A stretch of DNA of 64,000 nucleotides, taken from the NCBI RefSeq assembly GCF_003918875.1, contig NW_025765514.1, positions 620,001 to 684,000 of the forward strand, in the 5' to 3' direction. Below are positions 12,001 through 23,400 of the stretch, piece by piece (within the stretch, counting starts at the first letter, position 1; each line of letters begins with the position of its first letter). The notes under the pieces are model-generated. The model had not been told where the DNA came from. It saw nothing but the letters and a program-made list of their open reading frames with translations, and made no database searches. The stretch is from Haliotis rubra (taxonomy: Eukaryota). The translations under genes and the position numbers were made by a program.

Positions 12001-14987
12001 GGCAATATCTTAAATTTGAGTAAACAATTATCTGAAAGTTTAGTATCTTCAATGTGCCCTGGCGGCATGACTAAAATGTATACAGATAATACTCAACTTG
12101 ATTCATTTAATGAGAAATGAGATAAATTTGACCAGTTCAAATGGTTTATAACCTATTTTTGCACATCAACAAACTGTTCTCACAGATTTACATGGGCATG
12201 GAAATCTGAATGTAAGCATGCATAACAGGAAATCCCATTTCAGATGATAACATAGTTTGTGGGTTAGTCTATATGTCCAGGACAACTATTCTTGCAGTTA
12301 TGTGTTCAAGAATCCAGCTCTCAAGTTTACAGGTGTACATGATGTTTACTGATTTATTAAACAAATTGAAATGACATAATTCTTGTAATGTTTTAAGTTC
12401 AATTGGATCATGAATAGGAATGGGCACACTTACTTTCACAAAGGCATACCGGTACCTAAATTGTCTGTCTGGTGAACAATAGCACCCTTTGAAAAAATTG
12501 CATTTCTATCCCTGAAATTACTAAATGCATTAAAATCAATAAAAGACCTGGCACAGATGGATTTTTTAAATGTTTTGGGAATTCCTTGGGTGTCTTCCTC
12601 CTTCATGCTATTAACTATGATTTTGAAATAGGCCCGGAACTATGAAAGTGAGAAACTAGGTATAATTACATGTTTCCTAATTGGAGATAGCCTAAACAGT
12701 TTTTGTGGAATTATTGGTTTACTGTTGTTTTCATTTGTGTATCTGTATGAATGTGTCTCGTGTTCATGAGTGCGTGTTTGTGTTTTATTTACACACAAAA
12801 ATCTTAAACCTTTATTTCTTTACATTCATACGAAACACTACCAATATTCGGTTGATCACCAAAAAGGGTGCGGGTCCTTTCTTTGTAACATCAATAAAAT
12901 ATCAATTAACAAAATAATAGGAGATTTCAGTAAGAAGGCTTAAAATACTATGGTTACAGACTGAATAATGGATATGTTTCTAACTGAATGCCACATACAA
13001 TTATCATGAATTAGGAGGGTGGGGTGAGATATTGGCATAATCATCATAGCAATGTCTTTATAATGTCTGACCTGTATTTCTCGAGCATTTCAAATCTACA
13101 TCAATAAGACCAAATAACTGCAAAAATAATCTAGTTTGTGGTCTGCATGTCAGAGAAAGACTCAACTTGTATTGTTTTTATAACAATGTGATGACGTATT
13201 CCAGTTAATACTGATATAACAAGCAATACACTATTTCGTATGAAGATCCAGATTAACCAGTGGTCAATGGCATGAACAAGTAGCCATGCAGTAAGAGCAT
13301 GACAATCAGCCAGATCATGCATGACACACCGTTATGTAAACATATAATCCCCTTCTTAATCAGCTCTTAGAAGCATAGTGAACTGAGCCTCTCTTAAACC
13401 AGCATGCCTAAGTTCCATAAATTTACTTAGCATGTTGTAGTTTCTCAGTATACATTCTTTTCAATGACAGCAATTAACACCAAGAAAGTAGTTCTCATGA
13501 AGTTAGAGATTCATGACATCGCCATGACTGGGTCACAATGACATACAGCTTGCACTGTCTATCATTTTGTTTTTTTCATTATATCAGTTTTCAATGACAG
13601 CAATTAACACTAAGAAAGTAGTTCTCATGACACCTGAGATTCATGACATTGGTATAACTGGGTCACAATGACATACAGCTTGTACAGTCAGACTGGTTAG
13701 TCATGATGAGGGTTTGATGAGGAAAACCCTTTTGTGAGATCAAGCTTCATGCATTCCTCACTTATTCTTTACTAAGATAATGATGTGGAAAAGCATGTAA
13801 ATGTACATACCAGAAAAGTACCAAACATTAATCTGATGTATCCCCTAAATGAATTCAAAGTTTTGTCCATGCTTACTTGCCATGTGTTCATGCATATTCA
13901 TGTATAGAATAGCACATGATGAACATGAAAAGTAAGCAGGTAAAACAAACTGTCAACATTACTCAGCAGGACAGTTCGTACATTCTTTGTTTGTTTTCTT
14001 TGTTCACAGAGTCAGTCATCTGTGTCAGCATGGTCAGTTATCACAAGTTCACATACGTTTACATACATCATGCTGAATCTCTTTATCCCATGTCATGTCA
14101 TGATGTATATAGTGGCATGTGTCATTAATTGTTTATTCAAATTAGAAAACATACACATAATTTATATTGATACATCACTTTGACGGGTACTGGCTTGTCA
14201 GCTGTAATATCTCTACTATTTTAACATTCATACATGTTAAACAATACACATTGCAAGAAAACACAATCTCAATTCACCAAAATTTGAATTTTGGGGTGTA
14301 ACAGTACATTACTGCTGGCAAGTTGCAACCAAACCACAACACACAAAAGAGATGATGCATGTTGCAATACTGAGATGAAAATAATGACATATAGTCCATT
14401 TATCAACTAGCTATTTTATAATCACGTTCTGTAAGCATGTTTCAGAACAAAAGATTCGTGACATATTGGCAATATGTCACTTTCTGGCCTTCGCCACAAC
14501 ACTTTCATTTTCTTCCTGCCACTGCTTAATTTTGTAACAAAACTACAAACAATATATTCCAATAGTCATTGGTTATGATCATGTTGAGAACAAAGGTCGT
14601 ATACGGCGAAATAATCTTGGAAACAAAGAGAATATATTACACATTACTACGCAAGAGCCATGACACAAAAGTAAACAAACGAAGCTAAAGGTCGAGTACG
14701 GATGTGGGACGATTTTGTTGTTATTGTCAACTGTATTGGTTTTACGAGTGAAATAAAATGTGATGTGTTTTGACATAAAATCAGCAAAACTGCCCTTGAT
14801 AGTTTTCTCATTATCTTACCTCGACATCTAAATTTAGCTCTTTGATGACACCTTTTCCACTGTACAAATCAACGCTCAGCTGATCCAAAGACAGCTTTTC
14901 TTTCAAGAAATGACCAACATATCTTTGGAGAAGATATCTACATGCTCTCTTTTTCCAAGACTCTGGTATTAATTTGTACCAAGGCAT
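1..14987 (-). CDS. ATG2: Autophagy-related protein 2 (ATG2A/B ortholog), 5' part; 3' end lies beyond the left edge
   Basis: Exons (minus): 14987-14820, 9162-8994, 7119-6958, 3886-3784, 3200-3007, 1310-1116, 683-587, 95-<1, all with GT..AG. Translation MPWYKLIPESWKKRACRYLLQRYVGHFLKEKLSLDQLSVDLYSGKGVIKELNLDVE/ALNEALESVNIPLEIVDGFIGSISVSIPW.../FEGVQMFAQTID/VLSRIKMSFVDTTIRLEH.../LELDCQLGALHLLLSPRQL matches the chorein-N region of metazoan ATG2. Exon 5 is 1 nt too long for the phase chain. Confidence 0.95.
1405..1908. mobile_element. Non-autonomous DNA transposon with long TIRs and 9-bp TSD (AcademH- or Mutator-like)
   Basis: About 100-bp imperfect TIRs CATCCTCGATAATCTCCAGG... / ...CCTGGAGATTATCGAGGATG; TGTGTAACA duplicated at 1396-1404 and 1909-1917. 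Confidence 0.85.
3474..3640 (+). mobile_element. SINE family A (tRNA-Asp-like head, about 170 bp)
   Basis: GGTGGGGTAG..GGT-AAAGC A-box region, GGTTCGATTCCCC B-box, body ATGGGTACAATG..GTCCCCCGCCGTGAT..CTGGAATATTGCTAAAAGCGGC, tail of ACTC/AGTC repeats; more than 12 copies in the window. Confidence 0.8.
3938..4309 (+). mobile_element. SINE family B (tRNA head, V-domain-like body, about 360 bp), full length
   Basis: A/B boxes GTGGTGTAGTGG / GGTTCGATCCCC; (CCA)n tail; TSD AGTGATAC at 3930-3937 and 4310-4317; near-identical copies at 6327 and 44720. The V-domain assignment is from recall only. Confidence 0.88.
5102..5449. mobile_element. MITE with AGGGACCGTTCATAATTTATGG TIRs
   Basis: About 22-bp TIRs; a second copy in the opposite orientation lies at 58808-59107. 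Confidence 0.8.
5870..6294. mobile_element. Non-autonomous DNA transposon, CAGG..CCTG termini, 5-bp TSD (hAT5-like)
   Basis: CAGGTGTTAAGAA...TTTTGAACCCCTG termini; TGTAA at 5865-5869 and 6295-6299. Confidence 0.6.
6327..6688 (+). mobile_element. SINE family B, full length
   Basis: Near-identical to the 3938 copy; (CACCT)n tail; TSD AGACAAAACC at 6317-6326 and 6689-6698. Confidence 0.9.
6783..6895. mobile_element. Short hairpin MITE (PIF/Harbinger-like)
   Basis: Near-palindrome GGGCCCAGTTTCACAAAGCTATCGTA...TACGATAGCTTTGTGAAACGGTCCCC with CAG flanks; internal ATGGGAGTTACG shared with copies at 8761 and 41458. Confidence 0.75.
7953..8100 (+). mobile_element. SINE family A
   Basis: Head, body and (ACTC)n tail as in other copies, with an internal deletion. 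Confidence 0.8.
8761..8873. mobile_element. Short hairpin MITE (same family as 6783)
   Basis: GCCCACTTGCACAAAGC...GCTTTGTGCAAGTGGGC inverted termini; ATGGGAGTTACG core. Confidence 0.75.
10441..11617 (-). mobile_element. Tc1-like transposon, internally deleted, transposase pseudogene
   Basis: About 28-bp TIRs TACTGACACACATTGAAAAC(G/A)CAAAACC with TA on both sides; MPRLSEQQREQAIGML..HFGLSPSTINRL HTH from 11320; degenerate VFFNGSRFCVSFADGR (DESRF motif) near 10860-10900. Confidence 0.88.
11690..12045 (+). mobile_element. L1/Tx1-clade LINE ORF2 fragment (EN-RT linker)
   Basis: Degenerate translation ..EDMRKHKMEGIFIRSRWI*GGEKVTRYF.. and ..EETKIFHEYLY.. resembles the IRSR..W.E.GEK.TKYF linker of L1/Tx1 ORF2; contains stops and frameshifts. 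Confidence 0.6.
13458..13690. repeat. Local direct duplication (about 100 bp, period 130)
   Basis: TCAATGACAGCAATTAACAC-AAGAAAGTAGTTCTCATGA...GGGTCACAATGACATACAGCTTG at 13461 and 13591. Confidence 0.85.
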
Positions 14988-15039
14988 CTTGATTCCCTGG
15001 CAAGTGCTGTACAGTTATGATGAAAACAAAGTACAGTCT

Positions 15040-15200
15040 CGCGAACCAAAACAAAACTACGCCATTTTCCTTGTAACGGGACTAGCGCGAGTATTTTCAA
15101 GGGAGATAATCTTTAATGTTGTCGAACACACGCGAGTACACTGAGCGCGAAATTTAAAATTCAGAACCAAAGACGTATATACGTCAATACGTCTTTGTCA
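15040..15200 (-). promoter_or_regulatory. Putative ATG2 core promoter/5' UTR
   Basis: CpG-enriched patch just upstream of the ATG2 start; YY1-like AAAATGGCG on the minus strand (15060-15068); hairpin CAAAGACGTA..TACGTCTTTG near 15168-15197. Confidence 0.4.
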
Positions 15201-16635
15201 GAGCGTACCTTCACCATTATATCAAGTGTTGTTTCACCAAATGTAATAAAAATAAATTCCAAGGAAACTTCGGCTAGACATTTTGGTAACTGATAATTAA
15301 ATTAATAGTGATAGTTATCACGTGAAATTATAAGCTATACGAGAAACATTAACTGTTATCAAGAAAGAAAACGATAGCTTGGTGCCGTTCTAAAGTGTAT
15401 TTGGTCAAAAAGTAAGTCGAACCTGAGATCTCCAAAATGGTCAGAAATGTATTTTTTTAATTAAAAAAGTTGAACCACCGAGGAAGGATCGCGTGTACAT
15501 GTCAACCTGGTTATGTTTCATATATATATACGGATGTTTACATAGCAGATTATGTATTTTTTCGCTCCTCATTCGATTTTCAAAACCCTCGGTCGGTCTC
15601 TGATACCTCATCTATCTATCAAGTAATACAAAAATACAACTTATACTATAAATAATATATACCTGTACAGGAAAACGCAACGGTTAAATGATTACGTAAT
15701 AATTCATAAGTTAAAATTCATATCAATTAATGCCTGATATATATAAAATTGCACTTTAGTAGTACACGAAAAATGGGTTCCATTTACCAAATTGTTTGTT
15801 TTGGTGTGAAATTGAAAATACTGAAGGATCAGCACTGTCAGTGAACTTAAGACCCCACTCCAGAAATCAAGTGAGAGTGGATTAGTACTATCTTAATACA
15901 AGACCCTCTGCTGTTTGAGAATATTGTCAGCATGATCTTCTCAAATAGAGAACATTTATTATATGCTTTATTCATTTAAACAATTAGATGATGTAGCAAT
16001 ATGTCATTAAAATAAAGCAATTTATTTTATAATTATTTTTTATATTATTATTATTATTTTTACAGATTAAAAATTGTATGCAGCAGAGAGGGTTCGTGTG
16101 ATCCTGGCACAGTCAGGCTGGTAAGGCTCATCATCCTCAGGGCCCTTGTTTAGTTAGGTTATCGCGAATGGGACTTCTCCCAGGAAGTCATCAAGAGTCC
16201 AGTGAATGAGTAACCCACTCAAGTGTCAAAGGGCTGCCGATGTAAGGCACTCTTGATATCAGGAGGTACCAAACCAAGGGCTGTCTGGGATGAAAGAGAC
16301 ATTTCAAAGGCGAGGCGCATATTTATCATGGTGTGAAAATTCAATACATAAATTCATTGGCTTTATCAAAAGGACAAGATGGTACCAGCACTGAGAAGTC
16401 ATCAGTCAGTGAATGGTAACCTACTCCCAAAGAAACATAACATAAGCTGTCTAGCGGTGTATGGAACAGGTGTACATCCATTCCATCACATCATTAGTTG
16501 ATGGAACTGCATCCATTCCTAGCATCTAAGGTGTGTGTTGAAACAGGGAAATAAAAGAATAGATTTGGATACTACAGCGGGAAGGGAATCCGTTGTGTTC
16601 AGCCCCTCGTATTCCCCTGTCCTGAATGTTTGAAA

Positions 16636-16773
16636 CCACAGGGGCGTGTAGAACGCGTTAGAAGGACAGCGTTAGAAAGACATATAGGTATAAGGATCCT
16701 TATATAGTACTAGGGTAGGGTATATATACCTATATGTCTTCTAACGCTGTTTCTAAGCGTACACGCCCTGTGG
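16636..16773. mobile_element. Palindromic MITE
   Basis: CCACAGGG..CAGCGTTAGAAAGACATATAGGTATA / TATACCTATATGTCTTCTAACGCTG..CCCTGTGG; TTGAAA on both flanks. Confidence 0.7.
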
Positions 16774-17037
16774 TTGAAACAAGATACGCTTATGAAATAC
16801 TTTCACCTCAAAGAATCTGCCATTGTCCGAGGGGACCTTTACTAAATGATTGTGCGCCGGTGGGGAACTGATCTGAAGCAAAATATGCTTGATGGCGTTA
16901 CAAAATAATAGAAGCTAATTGAACAGTTAGGGTGACCACTATAGAAAATATGGATTTTTATTCCATATTCAAATTTGATTTTTCACATTTTTCTGTAGTG
17001 CACACTAAATTACTTCGCATACCCTATATACTGGGAT

Positions 17038-17160
17038 TAGTCTGTCTCATCGTCCCTCAACCACATTATTTTCCTCCCGCCTCGCCCTTTCTGTAATGCA
17101 AAGTCCTAAATGAAGCATGTCTAGATTTCCTCAGGTTTTGAATCTCCTATCTCACTAGGT
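17038..17160 (+). repeat. Dispersed repeat D containing one monomer of the 54-bp minisatellite
   Basis: TAGTCTGTCTCA..GTCCCT-AACCACATTATTTTCC..CTAGATTTCCTCAGG..GAATCTC; related copies at about 30505-30620, 46470-46590 (-), 47980-48015 (-) and 53975-54083 (-). Confidence 0.7.
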
Positions 17161-17371
17161 ACTCATGAAATTCTGTGCTGTTAGGGATATGAGAATTTGG
17201 GATTCAATTCCGAAAAGACATACATCGAATAGGTTCCAGGGTTTTATCCTAAAGAATGTCGATAAAATACCCGAGATTATAGAGGATGTCTTTCGCATAG
17301 ACTGACACTGTTATCGCAAGGCGAAGATTGTTTTATGGAACAGATTCTGTGTCACACATTCAGAGTTGGTT

Positions 17372-17607
17372 GGTTGGTTTGTTGTTTAACGCCGCACTAT
17401 TCCAGCTGTATGGCGGCGGTCTGTAAATAATCGAGTCTGGACCAGATTATCCAGTGATTAGTTTAGATTTACGCCGCTTTTAGCAATATTCCAGCAATAT
17501 CATGGCGGGGGACACCAGAAATGGGCTTCACACATTGTACCCATGTTGAGAATCGAACCACGTCTTCGGCGTGACGAGCGAACGCATTAACCACTAGGCT
17601 ACCCCCC
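17372..17607 (-). mobile_element. SINE family A (17457-17607) abutting or inserted in a family C 3' fragment (17372-17458)
   Basis: Direct similarity to other copies of both families. Confidence 0.75.
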
Positions 17608-18589
17608 TACACACTACACATGGGATCTCCCAACCATGTTGTACCCAGGACCTGTTTCGGAATCCTTGGGGGATTAAACGGTATCACTCACTCACTCACG
17701 CTCGAGGATTTAGCTAAGATAATCCTCTGTCGGAGGGTTTGTTTTGGCTGCTTGAACATTGTGTATGTGGTGTCGGATAATGCTCATTGTCGTTTAACAA
17801 TACACCGGCATTCCTTTTGATCTTGCCACCTGTCTCCCTTAACTGAATCTACCCTCGTGAATGTCCAAGTGAACAGGTGGCTTTTACCGTTTGTGATTAT
17901 GGTGAACAGGCCCCACCGACATTCTAACATTAGCACCACGGTACAGTAGCTCGCCTGGTTATTTAGTAACAATAACATCCACTTAACGAAAGTTTCGAAA
18001 TGGCAGTATTTTTTCCTGCATATGTAATAAGGAAACAAACTGAAAGGATAATGTATTGATTTGGACAAGACATGTCATCAAAAGGGGGGTCATAAATGCC
18101 ACGTTAATATCTCTCAGCCAGTTTCATAGAGAAAGCTTACCATCGTTAAACAGCAAAATACGCAGTTTTGTAGAACTGAATAGCACGGTCAATTTCCACA
18201 CACACACACACACCCCGATTTTAACTTTACCGATTTCTGAGGAGATGAACGATGGACAAGAAAACATGACTTTAGTTCCTATACAGGATAGGGTTCCAGT
18301 CCGCTTGATGATGTTCATCCCCACAGACAGAACCTCTTTTGGGTTATCATGTCTTTGTTGTTTAATGCCGGACCAGACTGACTTGTGATGTATGTGCACG
18401 ATCTATACCGCTGGGGTGAATATGTTGTCACCCAGTCAACTGCGTCAGCAAAGGTTGATGGGGGCCTATTCTAAATGTCAGGGCGTTTTGGAAACCCTAT
18501 CTTGAAACTGCATGTCAAGTCTGAATTCTTGGAGTTGTTCCTGTGGTGTATTAAAATTCATTCCTAACAACACTGGTATTGCCAAGCTG

Positions 18590-19505
18590 ATTGCTAAAAT
18601 CCACGCCCAGCTACTGTTATTTCTGTGCCATGAAGATGCGCTAAATCCCCACACTTGCATTTTTGTGCCCAGGTGGTGTATCAATATCCACACCTGGTCA
18701 CACTGGTATTTCTATGCCCAAATGGTGTATCAGAATGCACACCTGGCCACCCTGGTATTTCTGTGCCCAAATGGTGTACCAAAATCCACAACCTGGCCAC
18801 AGTGGTATTTCTGTGCCCAAATGGAGTATCAGAATCCACACCTGGTCACACTGGTATTTCTGTGCCCAAATGGTGTATCAAAATCCACAGCTGGTCACAG
18901 TGGCATGTCTGTGCCCAAATGGTTTATCAAAATCCACAGCTGGTCACAGTGGCATGTCTGTGCCCAAGAGGTGTATCAAAATCCACAGCTGGTCAGTGGC
19001 AAGTCTGTGCCCAAGAGGTGTATCAAAATCCACAGCTGGTGACAGTGGCATGTCTGTGGTATCAAAAATCCACACCTGGTCACAGTGGCATATCCCAAGA
19101 GGTGTATCAAAATCCACACCTGGTCACAGTGGCATATCTGTGCCCAAGAGGTGTATCAAAATCCACACCTAGTCACAGTGGCATATCTGTGCCCAAGAGG
19201 TGTATCAAAAATCCACACCTGGTCACAGTGGCATATCTGTGCCCAAGAGGTGTATCAAAATCCACACCTGGTCACAGTGGCATATCTGTGCCCAAGAGGT
19301 GTATCAAAATCCACACCTGGTCACAGTGGCATATCTGTGCCCAAGAGGTGTATCAAAATCCACACCTGGTCACAGTGGCATATCTGTGCCCAAGAGGTGT
19401 ATCAAAATCCACACCTGGTCACAGTGGCATATCTGTGCCCAAGAGGTGTATCAAAATCCACACCTGGTCACAGTGGCATGTCTGTGCCCAAGAGGTGTAC
19501 CCAAG
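18590..19505. repeat. 49-bp minisatellite (about 18 units)
   Basis: Unit GGTCACAGTGGCATATCTGTGCCCAAGAGGTGTATCAAAATCCACACCT (for example 19221 and 19270). Confidence 0.95.
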
Positions 19506-19962
19506 TGCCCATTATGCTGTTGTTTCTTTAAATAAAATGTCCTTCTGTTAAAAACATATTGTTTCCTGAAAATCAAACGTCATAAATGACAACGACTGGG
19601 TGGGTAAATAGTATTGGTGCAAAAATGTATGATTTTGAAATTTTCGTAATGCAGAATTTGATATAAATACATTCAAACATTCCATATGCCAAACTTTCTT
19701 TTATCAACAGTTTAGTCAATTCTGACTGATCTTTAGAACTCCATACTGATTAGGGATGTTGGAAGGACATGATTAATGTCTTTTAGATAAGGATTCTCAT
19801 CCAAGAAACATATTACAATGCTGTGTTTCAACAATGAACTACTTAAATATAGAGGCTGGAGAGGTGACTGGGATGACCTCACAAGGGGCGGATGAAGTGC
19901 TTCAATAAAGGTTGAACTGAGTCATTGATAAATGAATCACAGTAAACAACAGTTTGAATTGG

Positions 19963-19968
19963 TTTATT
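19963..19968 (-). promoter_or_regulatory. Candidate PSMD8 polyadenylation signal AATAAA
   Basis: TTTATT on the plus strand about 445 nt downstream of the PSMD8 stop. Confidence 0.45.
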
Positions 19969-20411
19969 ATCCATTTCCATTACAAACAAAATATTACATA
20001 GTATCATTCAGCAAAAGATAGCTTCTTCATCATGATAAAAAACCATTTTCTATATTATTTGTCAGGACGAATTGTGAATCCAGTACTGTAACAAACAAAA
20101 GACGATATTTCTCGAAGAGTTAACAAATTCCAGAATGCCAGTTGGTTAACACTGACTTGAAAAATAACCACTGTGGCTTACTCCGTAACATGAAAATGAA
20201 TAGTACTGGGGCAAGTTGAGCAGGTACTCCGCCCCAAGTAGCACTTCTGTACATGATGATATGCAGCAACTGAATGTCTACTTGCAGGGCCCAGTTGGCA
20301 AGGGAGATGACTCCTGCATCAAACAGGAGATAACTCCATGACAACCTGATGAGCTGTGAACCTGGCACTTGCACACAAAGTCAGATCAAGAGATAGATGT
20401 AATTGCTTTCA

Positions 20412-23400
20412 CTAGACAATCATTTCTAACTCCCTGGCGTATTCTATCGTCTGTTCAGCTAGCAATTTTGCGGGAATAACTTCCTCTGTGTCTTTTGTGT
20501 CATGAAAAAAACTGAAAAAGTTGTCTGGTCCTACAGTCCACTTGCGCTGAAATAAATATGAAAAGTTAATAAACAAACAGAAACTTGTGGAGAAATGTGT
20601 TACAATATATACAGGTTTAACATCATTCCTTCTCATTTAATCAGCCATTTGTTAGGACAAAACACTTAGTTGTGTTCTTACACCTTTATATGAGAGGATT
20701 ATGTAAAGGTTGGTTAGTTGTTTGTTGTCTAGCCACACTCAGCAATATTCCAGCTACATGGCGTCCGTCTGTAAATATTGAATCTAGGCGAAACAATCCT
20801 GTGATCAACATCATAAGCATCAATGTATGCAATAGACACATGTCAACCAAGTCAGCAAGCCTGGCGAACCCAATCCTGTAAATTAAGCCTCATACGACAA
20901 GCATGAGTTGCTGAAGACCAGTTCTAACCCGGATCTTCACGGGTCCTACGCAACTGGGATACGATGACATGTGTCAACCACGTCAGCGAGCCTGACCACC
21001 CAATCCTGTTAGTCACCTCTTACGACAAGCATGAGTTGCTGAAGACCAATTCTAACCCGGATCTTCACGGGTTAATCATGTAATGAGGTACAACTACCTG
21101 TGTGGCATACTCCTTCATGGGTTTCTGTGACTCAAAGAACAACATGCGACCAGCTTCAGTCAGTGCAATCCTTTCATAAGCCTTCTCAATGCATCCAGCA
21201 ATTTCATCTCTGAAAATTGAACAACAATCACTCATAAAATAGCTTGCCTTGTAGAAGTAAATTATTCTGTTTAAGTTGATAGTTAACATCAATGAATAAA
21301 AATCTCTAAACCAAGTTAACAATTAGATCTAGAAGCATTCGTAACTACTCGCCTCTTTCCGTGACTTACAAGAAGACTCGTACCCCTATCGTACGCCATT
21401 GCCAAGAATCGTGGCAAACCAATCAAATCGCGCGTAGTAAAACGCATTTCAAAGCATGAAAATGGCGGCACCGCTGGAATTGGAAATTTCGCTAAACTAT
21501 GCAAAGCACAATTTAAACAAAAACTTTGAGCTAAAGGATCAGAAACTTTAAACACTGAAACATGTTTACAAAGGACATGACTGTATTGCTGTTTTGCCCA
21601 CGGGATATAGGATATTCTAGGAGCCATGTTTCGAAATTCAGAGTTATCTTTCCTTGGTATGGTACTAGACTATTTTCATCTCCATGCCCGTTTGCGCCTA
21701 GACAGGGCCCAGTCGTAAACATGGCCACGAGAGGGGTATGAGACGCCATCCGGCTTGCTGGAATGACACGAGTAGTTACGAATGATCTAGAAGAATTCTG
21801 CCTATAAACATCCAAACATTTATATTAACAACTATTGAAATCGAAAGATTCAGTTTTTGGTAGAGACTGAAATGGTATTCAAAGTAGTGGGAAGATAATT
21901 GTATTCTGCATCTACTTCCTTATCTAATCTCTGAGCTCAACCCTCTATAATGTATACTACTCAAACGAAATTAAGGACCACCTGATTCTTTCAAATTACT
22001 ACAGTTAATCCGTCCTGCCTTCACTGATTAACTATAGCAATAGTACTATGAATGAACCAGATTGTCTGTAACTTCTTTCCAGTGGTAGAAGACAGACATG
22101 AGAACCACACATACACACCTAATTGTATTCAGTAATATATCTATGAAGAAGTTGTAGTTTTCTGCTGGAACATTTCCTCTTGCTAAGAATACCTGTCAGA
22201 AAAAATACACAATTCAATTAAACACATCTACATAAAGTTTTATTTTTCAAAGTGAAAGCATGTTCTAAGATGTCCAGGTTGTGTTCATGGTGTTCAAGAA
22301 AACCTCATTTTTCAAGCAATGTGCAGGCATGTATGCGTTTACAACTGCCTGTACTAATCTGAACTACTGCAACTTAGGGCAAAGGGTGGTGGGGTAGCCT
22401 AGTGGTTAAAGCGTTCACTTGTCACACCGAAGACCCGGGTTCGATTCTCAACATGGGTACAATGTCTGAAGACCATTTATGGTGTCCCCTCTATGATATT
22501 GCTGGAATATTGCTAAAAGTGGCATAAAACCATACTCAGTCACTCTATACTGCAAGCCCACTGAGATATCACGATATAGTGTAACATGGACACTACACTT
22601 GGTACACTGATTCATTACTGGCCAGTCAACCCTTTATCCTGTATATCAAGTGACAGCACCAGCAACAACAAATAACATTCTTTCAATGTCTCCTGGTGTG
22701 ACACATCAAGGGATCAAACCAAAGACATTCCGCTCTTCTCAGAGACGTTTTATACATTCAACAAAAGAGGCGATCAACATGCAGTAGGAGCCATGATTGA
22801 AATACACCCGGTAATATCTTTTGCAGTTCATCATGTAAAAGTTTAGAATGGACCTCACTACAAAAAAGCCCGAAACAAAAATTGTTTACAGGTTGATAAC
22901 TTTCTGCAATTCTATAAGTTGACTGAAGGGTACAAGTATATGTTTGATGTTTTATGTCGCAGCAATAATCCAGCCATAAAATATATCACAGAGGCCTGTC
23001 AACAATAGCTTTATGGGCTGGTCCAGACAATCCAGGTCTCATGACAAGAAAAGATAACTGGGGACCCGATCCCCTTATGAAAGTCCATGACAAACCTTGT
23101 TATAACTGCCTTCCATGAGATACTGCTCCATGGAAACTGGGTGCTTGATGTATATATTTGTCTGGATTTCCTTCACAGGTAATAATTCAAGTTCCTGAAA
23201 ACATGAAGACCACCCATGAAATACATCTATGTCAACATTACCTTCGATACAGACAAAGAACCACCTAACCTGCTATGTAGAAACTAAAATTGCTCGTCAT
23301 GGACTGCACAAAAATGAAATGTGGTTAGAGACAATGAATGAAGAAATCAACCTGAGATCTAATGTCACATAACACTTCAGAAATGTACTTTAATATCTAT

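Noticed and set aside
16065-16119. Possible plus-strand exon (TTTTACAG...GTAAGG) of a transcript divergent from ATG2
   Set aside because: Only splice-like signals; no coding similarity or partner exons can be supported.
18512-19551. Cys/His-rich repetitive ORFs resembling zinc fingers
   Set aside because: Translations of the 49-bp minisatellite; the unit length is not a multiple of 3.
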